Assembly (NCBI RefSeq): GCF_000012925.1
Contig: NC_007515.1
Span: 1-13,762 of the forward strand
DNA from: Geobacter metallireducens GS-15
GTDB taxonomy: Bacteria > Desulfobacterota > Desulfuromonadia > Geobacterales > Geobacteraceae
Length of the DNA: 13,762 nucleotides
Direction: 5' to 3'
Under the pieces are notes generated by a model. It was not told the origin of the DNA. It was given only the letters and a program-made list of their open reading frames with translations, and searched no databases. The position numbers and the translations under genes are program-made. The stretch's first letter is position 1. Each line of letters begins with the position of its first letter. Positions 1-6,010 of the stretch are shown piece by piece.

Positions 1-78
1 GGCGGCATGGTCAAGGACATGATCGGACCAGATACAGCCGATAATGTGCGCGGTGTGCAATACCTCATGGTGGCTTAG
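1..78 (+). CDS. 3' end of an unidentified CDS (partial, runs off the left edge)
   Basis: Frame 1 is open from the window edge to TAG at 76-78 (..GGMVKDMIGPDTADNVRGVQYLMVA*). A C7-T8 tract follows at 99-113. No family recognised. Confidence 0.3.
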   Translation, partial: GGMVKDMIGPDTADNVRGVQYLMVA

Positions 79-551
79 TTCGTCCGGTTTCGCCACAACC
101 CCCCCTTTTTTTTGGTCGGTTCACCTCTCACCTAAATAACAAAGGATCACCAAAAAATGTCTGCCCCCGGCGGCATTAATACCGGTGTACCCCCAATTTA
201 CGGTAGAGAGGTATTGTCAGAATGAAAATTATCGAAATATTACGGCTCGTTGCGACTATTTTGAAGGTCATTTATTGGATAACAATTGTGATACTGAAAA
301 TCTTGTCTGAGTTTTAACGCCCAAATTTCGTTTTTAAGCGGTTTTCTCGGGACGGTCAAGGGGCATGTAAGGGGTAAAAGATAAAAACGGCTCCTTGGTG
401 TGGTTTTGGCTCTCTCGGCATTATTGCCGGTGTCGGTTTCTGCCTCTGCCGTTTGGGTTGCCCTTGTCTATCATTCTAAGCTCGCCTTTTGATCCCGTCC
501 AGGAGTTGTGGGTTCCGGCGTAGCCGTCGCCGTCCTGGGAGGGGAAGAAAC

Positions 552-603
552 AACGGGGTGGGGCGCCAGCCCCGTTTGCCCCGTTGCATTTTCTGTTTTG
601 ATT
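552..603 (+). terminator. Nested GC-rich hairpin with T-rich tail (terminator-like) in a non-coding region
   Basis: Outer stem AACGGGG (552-558) pairs with CCCCGTT (579-585). It encloses an inner hairpin GGGGC-gcca-GCCCC (560-573). The tail is gcaTTTTcTGTTTTgaTT. No convincing upstream CDS, so it may end an ncRNA. Confidence 0.3.
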
Positions 604-619
604 CGGGGGGTTCCGGAAA

Positions 620-641
620 TTTTCCGTCACTTTTCTCACTG
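620..641. repeat. Degenerate fourth iteron copy (18/22 match)
   Basis: TTTTCCgTCacTTTTCTCACTg compared with the iteron TTTTCCTTCGATTTTCTCACTC. Confidence 0.45.
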
Positions 642-670
642 CTAGGGGGGTTGAAGGGGGTCGATCCTCT

Positions 671-695
671 CCCGAAAAGCGGGGGCGGTTGACCG
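671..695. repeat. Left copy of a 25-bp perfect inverted repeat (partner at 13434-13458)
   Basis: CCCGAAAAGCGGGGGCGGTTGACCG is the exact reverse complement of 13434-13458. Patchy similarity extends into the flanks. Confidence 0.9.
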
Positions 696-760
696 CTTCG
701 CGCTGTTCTCCCCTCCCTGAGAGGGAGGGGCCGGGGGGTGGGTGCTACTTACCCTGGAAG

Positions 761-769
761 TTTTCCACA
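761..769 (+). promoter_or_regulatory. DnaA-box-like 9-mer
   Basis: TTTTCCACA fits the relaxed DnaA box TTWTNCACA. It lies next to an AT-rich patch (about 781-830) and the iterons, the usual layout of iteron origins. Confidence 0.4.
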
Positions 770-866
770 AGTGGGGGTGTCTCTACTAAAAGGCTTTTAA
801 AAAAGCTATAGGCTTATACTATAGGGGAAGCTGTGAAGCCGCATGGTTCAAGGGTTTGATGGGTGG

Positions 867-964
867 TTTTCCTTCGATTTTCTCACTCGGCAACCTAAAT
901 TTTCCTTCGATTTTCTCACTCACGCCCGAAAAAGGAGATAAATTTTCCTTCGATTTTCTCACTC
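867..964. repeat. Three 22-bp direct repeats (iterons), the core of the candidate oriV
   Basis: TTTTCCTTCGATTTTCTCACTC is perfect at 867-888, 900-921 and 943-964. Copies 2 and 3 share an extended 30-mer. Start-to-start spacing is 33 and 43 bp. Copy 3 overlaps the rep stop codon (963-965). Confidence 0.8.
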
Positions 965-2063
965 ACGCCGCCACCCGTTTAACAGCCTTTTGCACATGGG
1001 TAGGGGATGGAAAAAGGGTTAGCTCCTTGGCATTGACGGAGAGCTTTGCATGGGGGTAAACGACCCTAACTTTTTTGAGGGCGTCTTTGAATTTTGTACG
1101 GAAGTTGTCTAGGTCGCTTGTCTCTGGGCCGAATTGGCTTTTAAGCTGCGGCCAGGATAACGGATAGGGTGCCGCCAAGTGGCACATACGCAACGTGAGC
1201 CACATATAAATGTCTAGGGCCATAGGTGATTGTTTCAGCGCCGCAAGCGCCCTAAGATCAATCGGGAAAGGCGCATTTAACGCCATGGCATAAAAATCTT
1301 CTCCCACCACAACAAACGATTCATCTAGGGTGAATTGATCCGGGTTCTTTGTATCCCACCACATAGCCGCCTTTGTGGCAACGTTGCACCGCTGGAATTG
1401 CCATGATTCTTTGCTGTTGTACTTCAGCTTGATGTCAGCAGAGAATAGCCGCTTTATCTGTTGTTCAACCTGTTTCCTGGTACGACTGTCCAGCCCTACA
1501 CCAATTGATCTTAAAAAATCGCTAAAACACTTGCCAAGAACAATCCGGCGGCTATTCGTCCGGACAATCTCAGTTACTAACCAACACGTTATCAAGCGGG
1601 GATAAGTACCATAAGGGATTCCATGATCTGGATCGGCTGTGATAATCAGGGAATATTTCCCACTGTCGCACCGATAATAAGGGGTTTTAGGGTCCCGGTG
1701 GGGAAAGGTGACTTGCACCAACGCTTTCGCTTGGTAGGCAATTTGACCGGCCGTTTTGGCCGGGACCTGCTCTATTTCAACCGCTTGTGTCAACAGCTTT
1801 TCGACCTTTTTAGTCAACAACGGTTTATCTTTTTTAGCTTTCTTAGTCAGTAATTTTTTAACTGCTATTTTTGCTTTCTCTTTGAAATCCTCTTCTGATA
1901 CTCCCCACAATCCATTGTTTTCAAAGTATGTCTGTAAAATATTCCCTATTGCCGCCATAGGGTCAATTGTCTTGCCGGTCTTCTCTTGCAAGTATTCAAT
2001 ATAAAGCTGTAGCTCTTCAAAGACGGCCTTGGGTATCTCTATTTCCATTTCAGTGAATAACAT
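963..2063 (-). CDS. repA: Plasmid replication initiator, RepA_C-type (plasmid-encoded RepA family)
   Basis: 366-aa ORF. The central segment GIPYGTYPRLITCWLVTEIVRT and the C-terminal half resemble the plasmid RepA family as I recall it. Iterons lie immediately 3'. The start is 3 nt after the upstream ORF stop. Confidence 0.8.
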   Translation of the reverse strand: MLFTEMEIEIPKAVFEELQLYIEYLQEKTGKTIDPMAAIGNILQTYFENNGLWGVSEEDFKEKAKIAVKKLLTKKAKKDKPLLTKKVEKLLTQAVEIEQVPAKTAGQIAYQAKALVQVTFPHRDPKTPYYRCDSGKYSLIITADPDHGIPYGTYPRLITCWLVTEIVRTNSRRIVLGKCFSDFLRSIGVGLDSRTRKQVEQQIKRLFSADIKLKYNSKESWQFQRCNVATKAAMWWDTKNPDQFTLDESFVVVGEDFYAMALNAPFPIDLRALAALKQSPMALDIYMWLTLRMCHLAAPYPLSWPQLKSQFGPETSDLDNFRTKFKDALKKVRVVYPHAKLSVNAKELTLFPSPTHVQKAVKRVAA

Positions 2064-2066
2064 GAT

Positions 2067-2378
2067 TCACCCCGCTATTGAATAAAGAGTTTTCTTGTTT
2101 TTCAATTGGTCCTCAGTGTAACCCAAAGAAGTTTCAAGGTACGTTTTACCATTTTTACATTTAAAAATGTACGCCTTATGCCCTTCTTCTTCAGCTTCAA
2201 TAATCTCAGTAATAGTGCTTACGCTCATTTCATCATCTTCATTCTGATACCGTGGACTGAATAAACTTACCTTGAAATTATCAAGGGTCCCGGCGGCGTA
2301 TAATACGTCATGAACACTATTCACCATGACACGATTCCAATATGGCCCCTCCTCTTCATGGTTAATAGTGTATTCCAC
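2067..2378 (-). pseudogene. 3' fragment of an IS-disrupted gene (orf140), unknown function
   Basis: The ORF begins only at a GTG inside the target-site duplication. Its frame continues exactly from the fragment at 3678-3812 once the IS and one duplication copy are removed. Confidence 0.7.
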
Positions 2379-2379
2379 T
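2371..2379. repeat. Target-site duplication, left copy (TATTCCACT)
   Basis: An identical 9-mer abuts the other IS end at 3694-3702. Confidence 0.8.
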
Positions 2380-3693
2380 CACTACTGTCCGGTTAATAGT
2401 TGAATAAGTTCAGTTGGTTGCGCTCAGGATAATCAGCATTTCGCTTGAGAGCCTCCGCAACCAGCGATGAAATGGGCTTTTTCTCGAACAAGTTGACCTC
2501 CAGAATCTGTAGAAAAGTGTAGAGCGAACACGGAACCCCCAACTTCTTTTTCGTGATCGCCACCAGCAGATAGATGCACAAGGCAACCCATATCTGGCTC
2601 TTCACGGCATTGACTGACGTTCCGATGAACGACTTGATCCGCAGGTGCTGTTTGATCCATTTGAAAAACAGCTCCACCTGCCAGCGCTGCTTGTAAATCG
2701 CAGCCACCGTCGCTGCCGGAATCTCGAAGTTGTTCGTGAGAAATACGAGTCGCTTGTTCCGTTCTTTGTCAACATAGCTGACCCGGCGCAGTTTCTCCGG
2801 ATACCCCTTTTTCGACTTCTGCGTCACCAGGGTGATAATCTGGTCTGCCCGTACACCTGATTCCTTGTCCTTCGGATGGGAATATAACCGCTGGCATTTC
2901 AGGTTGTCCTTTGCCCGAACTACGAAGAATGCTCCCTGCTTGTGGATGGAGTGGAGCCGGGCAAAATCGACATACCCTCTGTCCATCGTGTAAATGGCAT
3001 CCTTTGCAACCGGCAGATGGTCCAGCATCCTGACATCGTGGACCTTGCCAGTGGTAATAGTGACCCAGGTCGGAATGGGACCACGCAGATCAATGAGCGT
3101 ATGCATCTTGACCGCCGCCTTGGTTTTGCGGAACTCGGCCCATGGGAACAGCGTAAGGCACAGGTCGATAGTGGTCGAGTCAAAGGCGTAGAGCGGTTGC
3201 GTAAGCTCAACGGAGATGGCATCAGCCTGGTACAGCTGCTGAGCTATGCCGATCAGTACATGACCGAAGTCTTGGAAGATACGCCAGTCCCTGCGCTCGT
3301 TCGCGTCGGCAAGGGTCGTGCGGGAGACATCACCACGAAAGCCGATGTGGTACAGCTTCTCCTGGTGGGAGTTCAGGCAGGTCTCGATATCCCGCAAGCT
3401 CTCACGGCCAGCCATCTGGGCATAAGCCAGGCAGAGGAACTGGTCATAGGTCGAGAACTTCTTCTCCCGATACTCGCCACGGTGTCGGCGAACGCAGAGA
3501 TTGAATTCGTACCGGGGCAGAAACTGCAGAAGTTGTTTGAAAACGGTCGGACCGGTGTGCATTGCTCCCCTCCTGTAAAGGGAGGAAGGCTACACTCAGA
3601 ACGAATTCATGTCGAAAAAAGAACAATTGTGCCAAAGAGCAATAAAGTTCAACAAGTTACAGCTGTACAATCAAAGTTTACCGGACAGTAGTA
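2380..3693 (-). mobile_element. IS4-family insertion sequence (1314 bp)
   Basis: Terminal inverted repeats are CACTACTGTCCGGTTAA (left) and TACTACTGTCCGGTAAA (right end, reverse complement), 15/17 matching. There is a single transposase ORF and flanking 9-bp direct repeats. Confidence 0.85.
2393..3562 (-). CDS. IS4-family DDE transposase
   Basis: 389 aa. The C-terminal YKQRWQVELFFKWIK gives the Y-2-R-3-E-6-K signature of IS4-type transposases. DRGY and other DDE-region motifs are present. SD AGGAGGGG lies upstream. Confidence 0.9.
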   Translation of the reverse strand: MHTGPTVFKQLLQFLPRYEFNLCVRRHRGEYREKKFSTYDQFLCLAYAQMAGRESLRDIETCLNSHQEKLYHIGFRGDVSRTTLADANERRDWRIFQDFGHVLIGIAQQLYQADAISVELTQPLYAFDSTTIDLCLTLFPWAEFRKTKAAVKMHTLIDLRGPIPTWVTITTGKVHDVRMLDHLPVAKDAIYTMDRGYVDFARLHSIHKQGAFFVVRAKDNLKCQRLYSHPKDKESGVRADQIITLVTQKSKKGYPEKLRRVSYVDKERNKRLVFLTNNFEIPAATVAAIYKQRWQVELFFKWIKQHLRIKSFIGTSVNAVKSQIWVALCIYLLVAITKKKLGVPCSLYTFLQILEVNLFEKKPISSLVAEALKRNADYPERNQLNLFNY

Positions 3694-3812
3694 TATTCCA
3701 CTATAAAAATATCCATGTTGAGCATAATTCGTACACATTTGTAAGAAGCGGCCCCCGGATTGTCAAAGATGGGTGGAATCGGCACTCTCCATTGCTCATA
3801 GACTTCAAACAT
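3678..3812 (-). pseudogene. 5' fragment of the IS-disrupted gene (orf140)
   Basis: ATG at 3810-3812 has the SD AAGGAG 7 nt upstream. It reads MFEVYEQWRVPIPPIFDNPGAASYKCVRIMLNMDIFIVEY, then runs into the IS end and stops (TAA at 3678-3680). Confidence 0.7.
3694..3702. repeat. Target-site duplication, right copy (TATTCCACT)
   Basis: Identical to 2371-2379 and directly abuts the IS end. Confidence 0.8.
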
Positions 3813-3861
3813 GATCTGTCTCCTTAAAAAGGTATGGGTCTATATGGAGCTTTACCCGCAA

Positions 3862-4071
3862 TCATTCATTTTCGCAATCCCGGTTTCTCAGGTCGGCAAG
3901 ATCACGATGCAAGGTCTGCATCCCGGCGCAACTGGCGGCGGCCTCAAGCCCTAGCATTTTCCCCCATGTGACAAGCCGTAGTTCTTCGGTTGCGGCGTTG
4001 TAGGCTTTTCGGGCCTCTGCGTGGTCGCTGGTAAGATGGGTTATAAAGGTCTGACGCTCTTTGCCGTTCAT
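3862..4071 (-). CDS. Hypothetical 69-aa helical protein, second gene of the rep operon
   Basis: The start overlaps the upstream stop in ATGA (4068-4071), implying translational coupling. No family recognised. Confidence 0.5.
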   Translation of the reverse strand: MNGKERQTFITHLTSDHAEARKAYNAATEELRLVTWGKMLGLEAAASCAGMQTLHRDLADLRNRDCENE

Positions 4072-4409
4072 TGGTTCCCCTCCTTTATGTCCTGGGCAAC
4101 GGCAAAGGCCCGTTTCATCCGTTCCGAAGTGTCCGGACGGCCTGGGCGGATTGTCGTGGTAGGATCATAATTCGCGGCGTTGACGGTAAATTGGACAATG
4201 CCAAGTTCCCGAAGATAAGCAACAAGGGTTTCTATTTTCCGAAATATGCGGACTTTCCCCCCCCTGACGCCTAATGCCCGTTCGGTCATGCCGTACTTAA
4301 AAATGACGCTCCACCCCCCCGGCTGGCCGATTACCTCGGCCCCCCGGATGGCTCCGGCTTCAATGAGCCGTTGCAGGATTGCATAATCTATAGTTTCCGT
4401 ATTTGCCAT
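4068..4409 (-). CDS. Hypothetical 113-aa protein, first gene of the rep operon (possible DNA-binding or regulatory role, inference only)
   Basis: SD GAGG lies upstream of the ATG at 4407-4409, and a promoter-like element lies upstream of that. The sequence (..GGWSVIFKYGMTERALGVRGGKVRIFRKIETLVAYLRELGI..) feels plasmid-typical but I cannot name a family. Confidence 0.6.
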   Translation of the reverse strand: MANTETIDYAILQRLIEAGAIRGAEVIGQPGGWSVIFKYGMTERALGVRGGKVRIFRKIETLVAYLRELGIVQFTVNAANYDPTTTIRPGRPDTSERMKRAFAVAQDIKEGNQ

Positions 4410-4444
4410 TTTGCTTACCTCTGCCGGTCAAATCATTTGCAATG

Positions 4445-4473
4445 TTTATAACAAAATAACAGCAAACGTGCAA
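4445..4473 (-). promoter_or_regulatory. Candidate sigma70 promoter of the rep operon
   Basis: The minus strand reads TTGCAC, 17 nt, TATAAA, about 35 nt upstream of the orf113 start. Confidence 0.35.
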
Positions 4474-4527
4474 GAAAATTGTTTAAATTTTCCCTGTCAA
4501 CTTAACATATCATCCCTTCCAGGACGC

Positions 4528-4552
4528 AAAAAAGGCCGGGGGGTTCCCGGCC
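4528..4552 (-). terminator. Rho-independent terminator of the toxin-antitoxin operon
   Basis: The minus strand reads GGCCGGG-aaccc-CCCGGCC followed by TTTTTT, about 20 nt after the stop at 4575. Confidence 0.65.
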
Positions 4553-4574
4553 TGGGGGTTCTGCGTTTCTTCTC

Positions 4575-4784
4575 TCACTCTTCAAGTTTTTCCCTCAGCC
4601 AGGCTTTACCCTCTTCCTCGGTGAGAAACCCATTATCTAGGGCTTTCTTTGCCCTCTCGCCCCATGGGATAGCCTCCCGGATGAAATCCGCGTCCAGTTC
4701 CGGGGAGTCGGTAAGGTCGATTTCTTCGTCCTTCATGGCCTCGATCCGGGGCCAGTCGGTTCTTGATTCCGGGGTTTTGCTCAT
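4575..4784 (-). CDS. Small acidic protein coupled to relE, with an N-terminal motif like BrnA/DUF4415-type antitoxins
   Basis: 69 aa. The ATG overlaps the relE stop (ATGA at 4781-4784). TDWPRIEAMKDEEIDLTDSPELDADF resembles the TDWxRxxAMxDEEID..PEL motif I associate with DUF4415/BrnA proteins. The usual C-terminal RHH-like part seems absent. Confidence 0.6.
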   Translation of the reverse strand: MSKTPESRTDWPRIEAMKDEEIDLTDSPELDADFIREAIPWGERAKKALDNGFLTEEEGKAWLREKLEE

Positions 4785-5053
4785 CTTTCGTAGACCTCCC
4801 GGCGGTTGCCTACCCTCACAACGAGAATTACTAACGCCTCGTCTTCTATGCTGGTGATGATCCTATAGTCACCTACGCGGTATTTCCAAAAGTCTCCGAA
4901 TCTGGAACCCTTCAGGGCCTCCCCGATACTGCGGGGATCGTCAAGGCGTGCGACACGCTCAAAGAGGAATTTCAAGACCCTCCCGCTTATTTGAGGGTCC
5001 AGCTTCTTTAATTCCCGCCGGGCGGCGGGGTCTATTTCAACTTTCCAGACCAT
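4781..5053 (-). CDS. relE: RelE/ParE-superfamily toxin (RelE/StbE-like)
   Basis: 90 aa. It shows the typical pattern MVWKVEIDPAARRELKKLD..ALKGSRFGDFWKYRVGDYRIITSIEDEALVILVVRVGNRREVY and overlaps the upstream antitoxin gene by 17 nt. Confidence 0.85.
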   Translation of the reverse strand: MVWKVEIDPAARRELKKLDPQISGRVLKFLFERVARLDDPRSIGEALKGSRFGDFWKYRVGDYRIITSIEDEALVILVVRVGNRREVYER

Positions 5054-5261
5054 ATTCTTTCATCACTTCTTCAAGGGGTATGGTTTTGGTTCGTCCGGCC
5101 CTAATGTCTTCAAGGCGCTTCTCGGCCAAGTAAATGTCTTCCAGGTCGTCAAGATATTCAACAAGGGCCTCCCGGACGTAATAGCTTTTGCTCCGGCCGG
5201 TGGCCTTGGCGAGGGAGTCAAGGCGGGTTTCGATTTCCTCGGGCAGTCTGATTGCTAACAT
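5037..5261 (-). CDS. relB: Ribbon-helix-helix antitoxin (RelB/CopG-like)
   Basis: 74 aa. The N-terminal segment MLAIRLPEEIETRLDSLAKATGRSKSYYVREAL is RHH-like. DDLEDIYLAEKRLEDIRAG is typical of RelE-partner antitoxins. SD AGGAGG is present. Confidence 0.8.
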   Translation of the reverse strand: MLAIRLPEEIETRLDSLAKATGRSKSYYVREALVEYLDDLEDIYLAEKRLEDIRAGRTKTIPLEEVMKEYGLES

Positions 5262-5276
5262 GGGCTTGTTCCTCCT

Positions 5277-5296
5277 TTGTTATACACGTATAACAA
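5277..5296. promoter_or_regulatory. Palindromic operator candidate for relBE autoregulation
   Basis: TTGTTATAC-ac-GTATAACAA has perfect 9-bp arms. It sits directly upstream of the relB SD and overlaps -10-like TATA hexamers (minus strand TTGCTC, 17 nt, TATACG). Confidence 0.5.
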
Positions 5297-5320
5297 ATTT
5301 TCCCCAAAAGAGCAAGCCCC

Positions 5321-5809
5321 CTACTTCCGGCCGAAGAGACGGCCGAAAAATCCCCGCTTCGGTTCCTGGGGAGGATCGGGGACCGGTACAGGATCAGCCG
5401 GGGGAGGCTCGGAAGGGTGGGCTTTGTGTTCCAGGAGCCGGTGAGCGGTGGCAAGCTGTCCGGTCAATTCATCGACTTTCCCTTGTAGCCAGGTTTCCCG
5501 CTTGTCGGCGGCCTTGATGGCCTCGCGTAGTGCTTCAACTTCGGCCTGTAAAGCCGCGTTTTTTATGTCATTTTCCCGTGTCATATTTTGTAAAGCATGA
5601 ATGTCGCTTGACGGGTCGGGCGTTGACTGGCCTTTAGGGCCGGGCAAACGGCCGTTGAATACCCTCATCAGTTCGGCGGTGTCAATACACGGCTTTTCGT
5701 TTTCGTCTTTTTTCACCGTTAAAACGCCGGGTTTTATGTATTTGGTGTAAAGGTATTGACGACTTATCCCGGCAAGCCGGGCGGCCTCTGTAATCGTGAC
5801 ATTTGCCAT
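5321..5809 (-). CDS. HTH DNA-binding protein with coiled-coil and a proline-rich basic tail
   Basis: The preferred start is MANVTITEAARLAGISRQYLY.. (ATG at 5807-5809, SD AGGGGG), giving 162 aa. The N-terminal HTH is excisionase/MerR-like. The central segment is heptad-like and the tail reads PPPADPVPVPDPPQEPKRGFFGRLFGRK. Confidence 0.65.
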   Translation of the reverse strand: MANVTITEAARLAGISRQYLYTKYIKPGVLTVKKDENEKPCIDTAELMRVFNGRLPGPKGQSTPDPSSDIHALQNMTRENDIKNAALQAEVEALREAIKAADKRETWLQGKVDELTGQLATAHRLLEHKAHPSEPPPADPVPVPDPPQEPKRGFFGRLFGRK

Positions 5810-5884
5810 ATCAAGCCCCCTGTCATAACTTGTTAAGTGTTTACCATGAGGCTGTAAACCTAGCATTTGACAGGCAAAAAGGCA

Positions 5885-5919
5885 ACGGAAACGAGAAAGG
5901 GCCGGGGGTTTCCCGGCCC
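5885..5919 (-). terminator. Terminator-like hairpin ending the trbL-trbJ-lipoprotein transcript
   Basis: The minus strand reads GGGCCGGG-aaacc-CCCGGCCC followed by TTTCTCGTTTCCGTT, an interrupted T tract. It is homologous to the terminator at 4528-4552. Confidence 0.45.
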
Positions 5920-5968
5920 TTCTGGGGGTACTGCCAGCCCGGCAAAGCTCCGTTGCCGTGTCTACCCA

Positions 5969-6000
5969 GTTTCAATCCTCGCCCTTGTGGGGCGCTCCGG
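5969..6000 (-). CRISPR. Solitary CRISPR-repeat-like element (type I-C-like), single copy, no array
   Basis: The minus strand reads CCGGAGCGCCCCACAAGGGCGAGGATTGAAAC. The recalled I-C repeat is GTCGCGCCCCGCACGGGCGCGTGGATTGAAAC. Ungapped identity is 22/32, and the last 10 nt are identical. A 5-bp GC stem with a 5-nt loop ends exactly 11 nt from the 3' end, as in I-C repeats. Confidence 0.4.
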
Positions 6001-6010
6001 CCTGGGCCGG

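Noticed and set aside
421-692. ORFs at 421-639 (minus strand) and 489-692 (+ strand) in the GC-rich region.
   Set aside because: They use non-ATG starts without an SD and have Arg/Gly/Pro-rich composition. They run through hairpins and repeat elements, so the region is more likely non-coding.
2942-3691. A 249-aa + strand ORF antisense to the transposase gene, plus other antisense ORFs inside the IS, rep and relaxase genes.
   Set aside because: They are fully contained in strongly supported genes on the opposite strand, with no start context and no recognisable domains.
5819-5874. Nested inverted repeats (CCTGTCA..TGACAGG and GTTTAC..GTAAAC) upstream of the HTH gene, considered as an operator.
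   Set aside because: The arms are short (6-7 bp) and the two pairs are not concentric. Chance occurrence is plausible, so this is left as a weak possibility only.
5902-5934. A possible degenerate second CRISPR repeat 35 nt downstream of the I-C-like repeat (..GTACCCCCAGAAGGGCCGGGAAAC..), which would make a repeat-spacer-repeat mini-array.
   Set aside because: Similarity to the first repeat is weak, about half the positions, and needs a 4-nt gap. The same ACCCCCAG..GGCCGGG..CCCGGCC module also ends the TA operon at 4522-4560 with no repeat nearby. It is therefore better explained as a terminator cassette.
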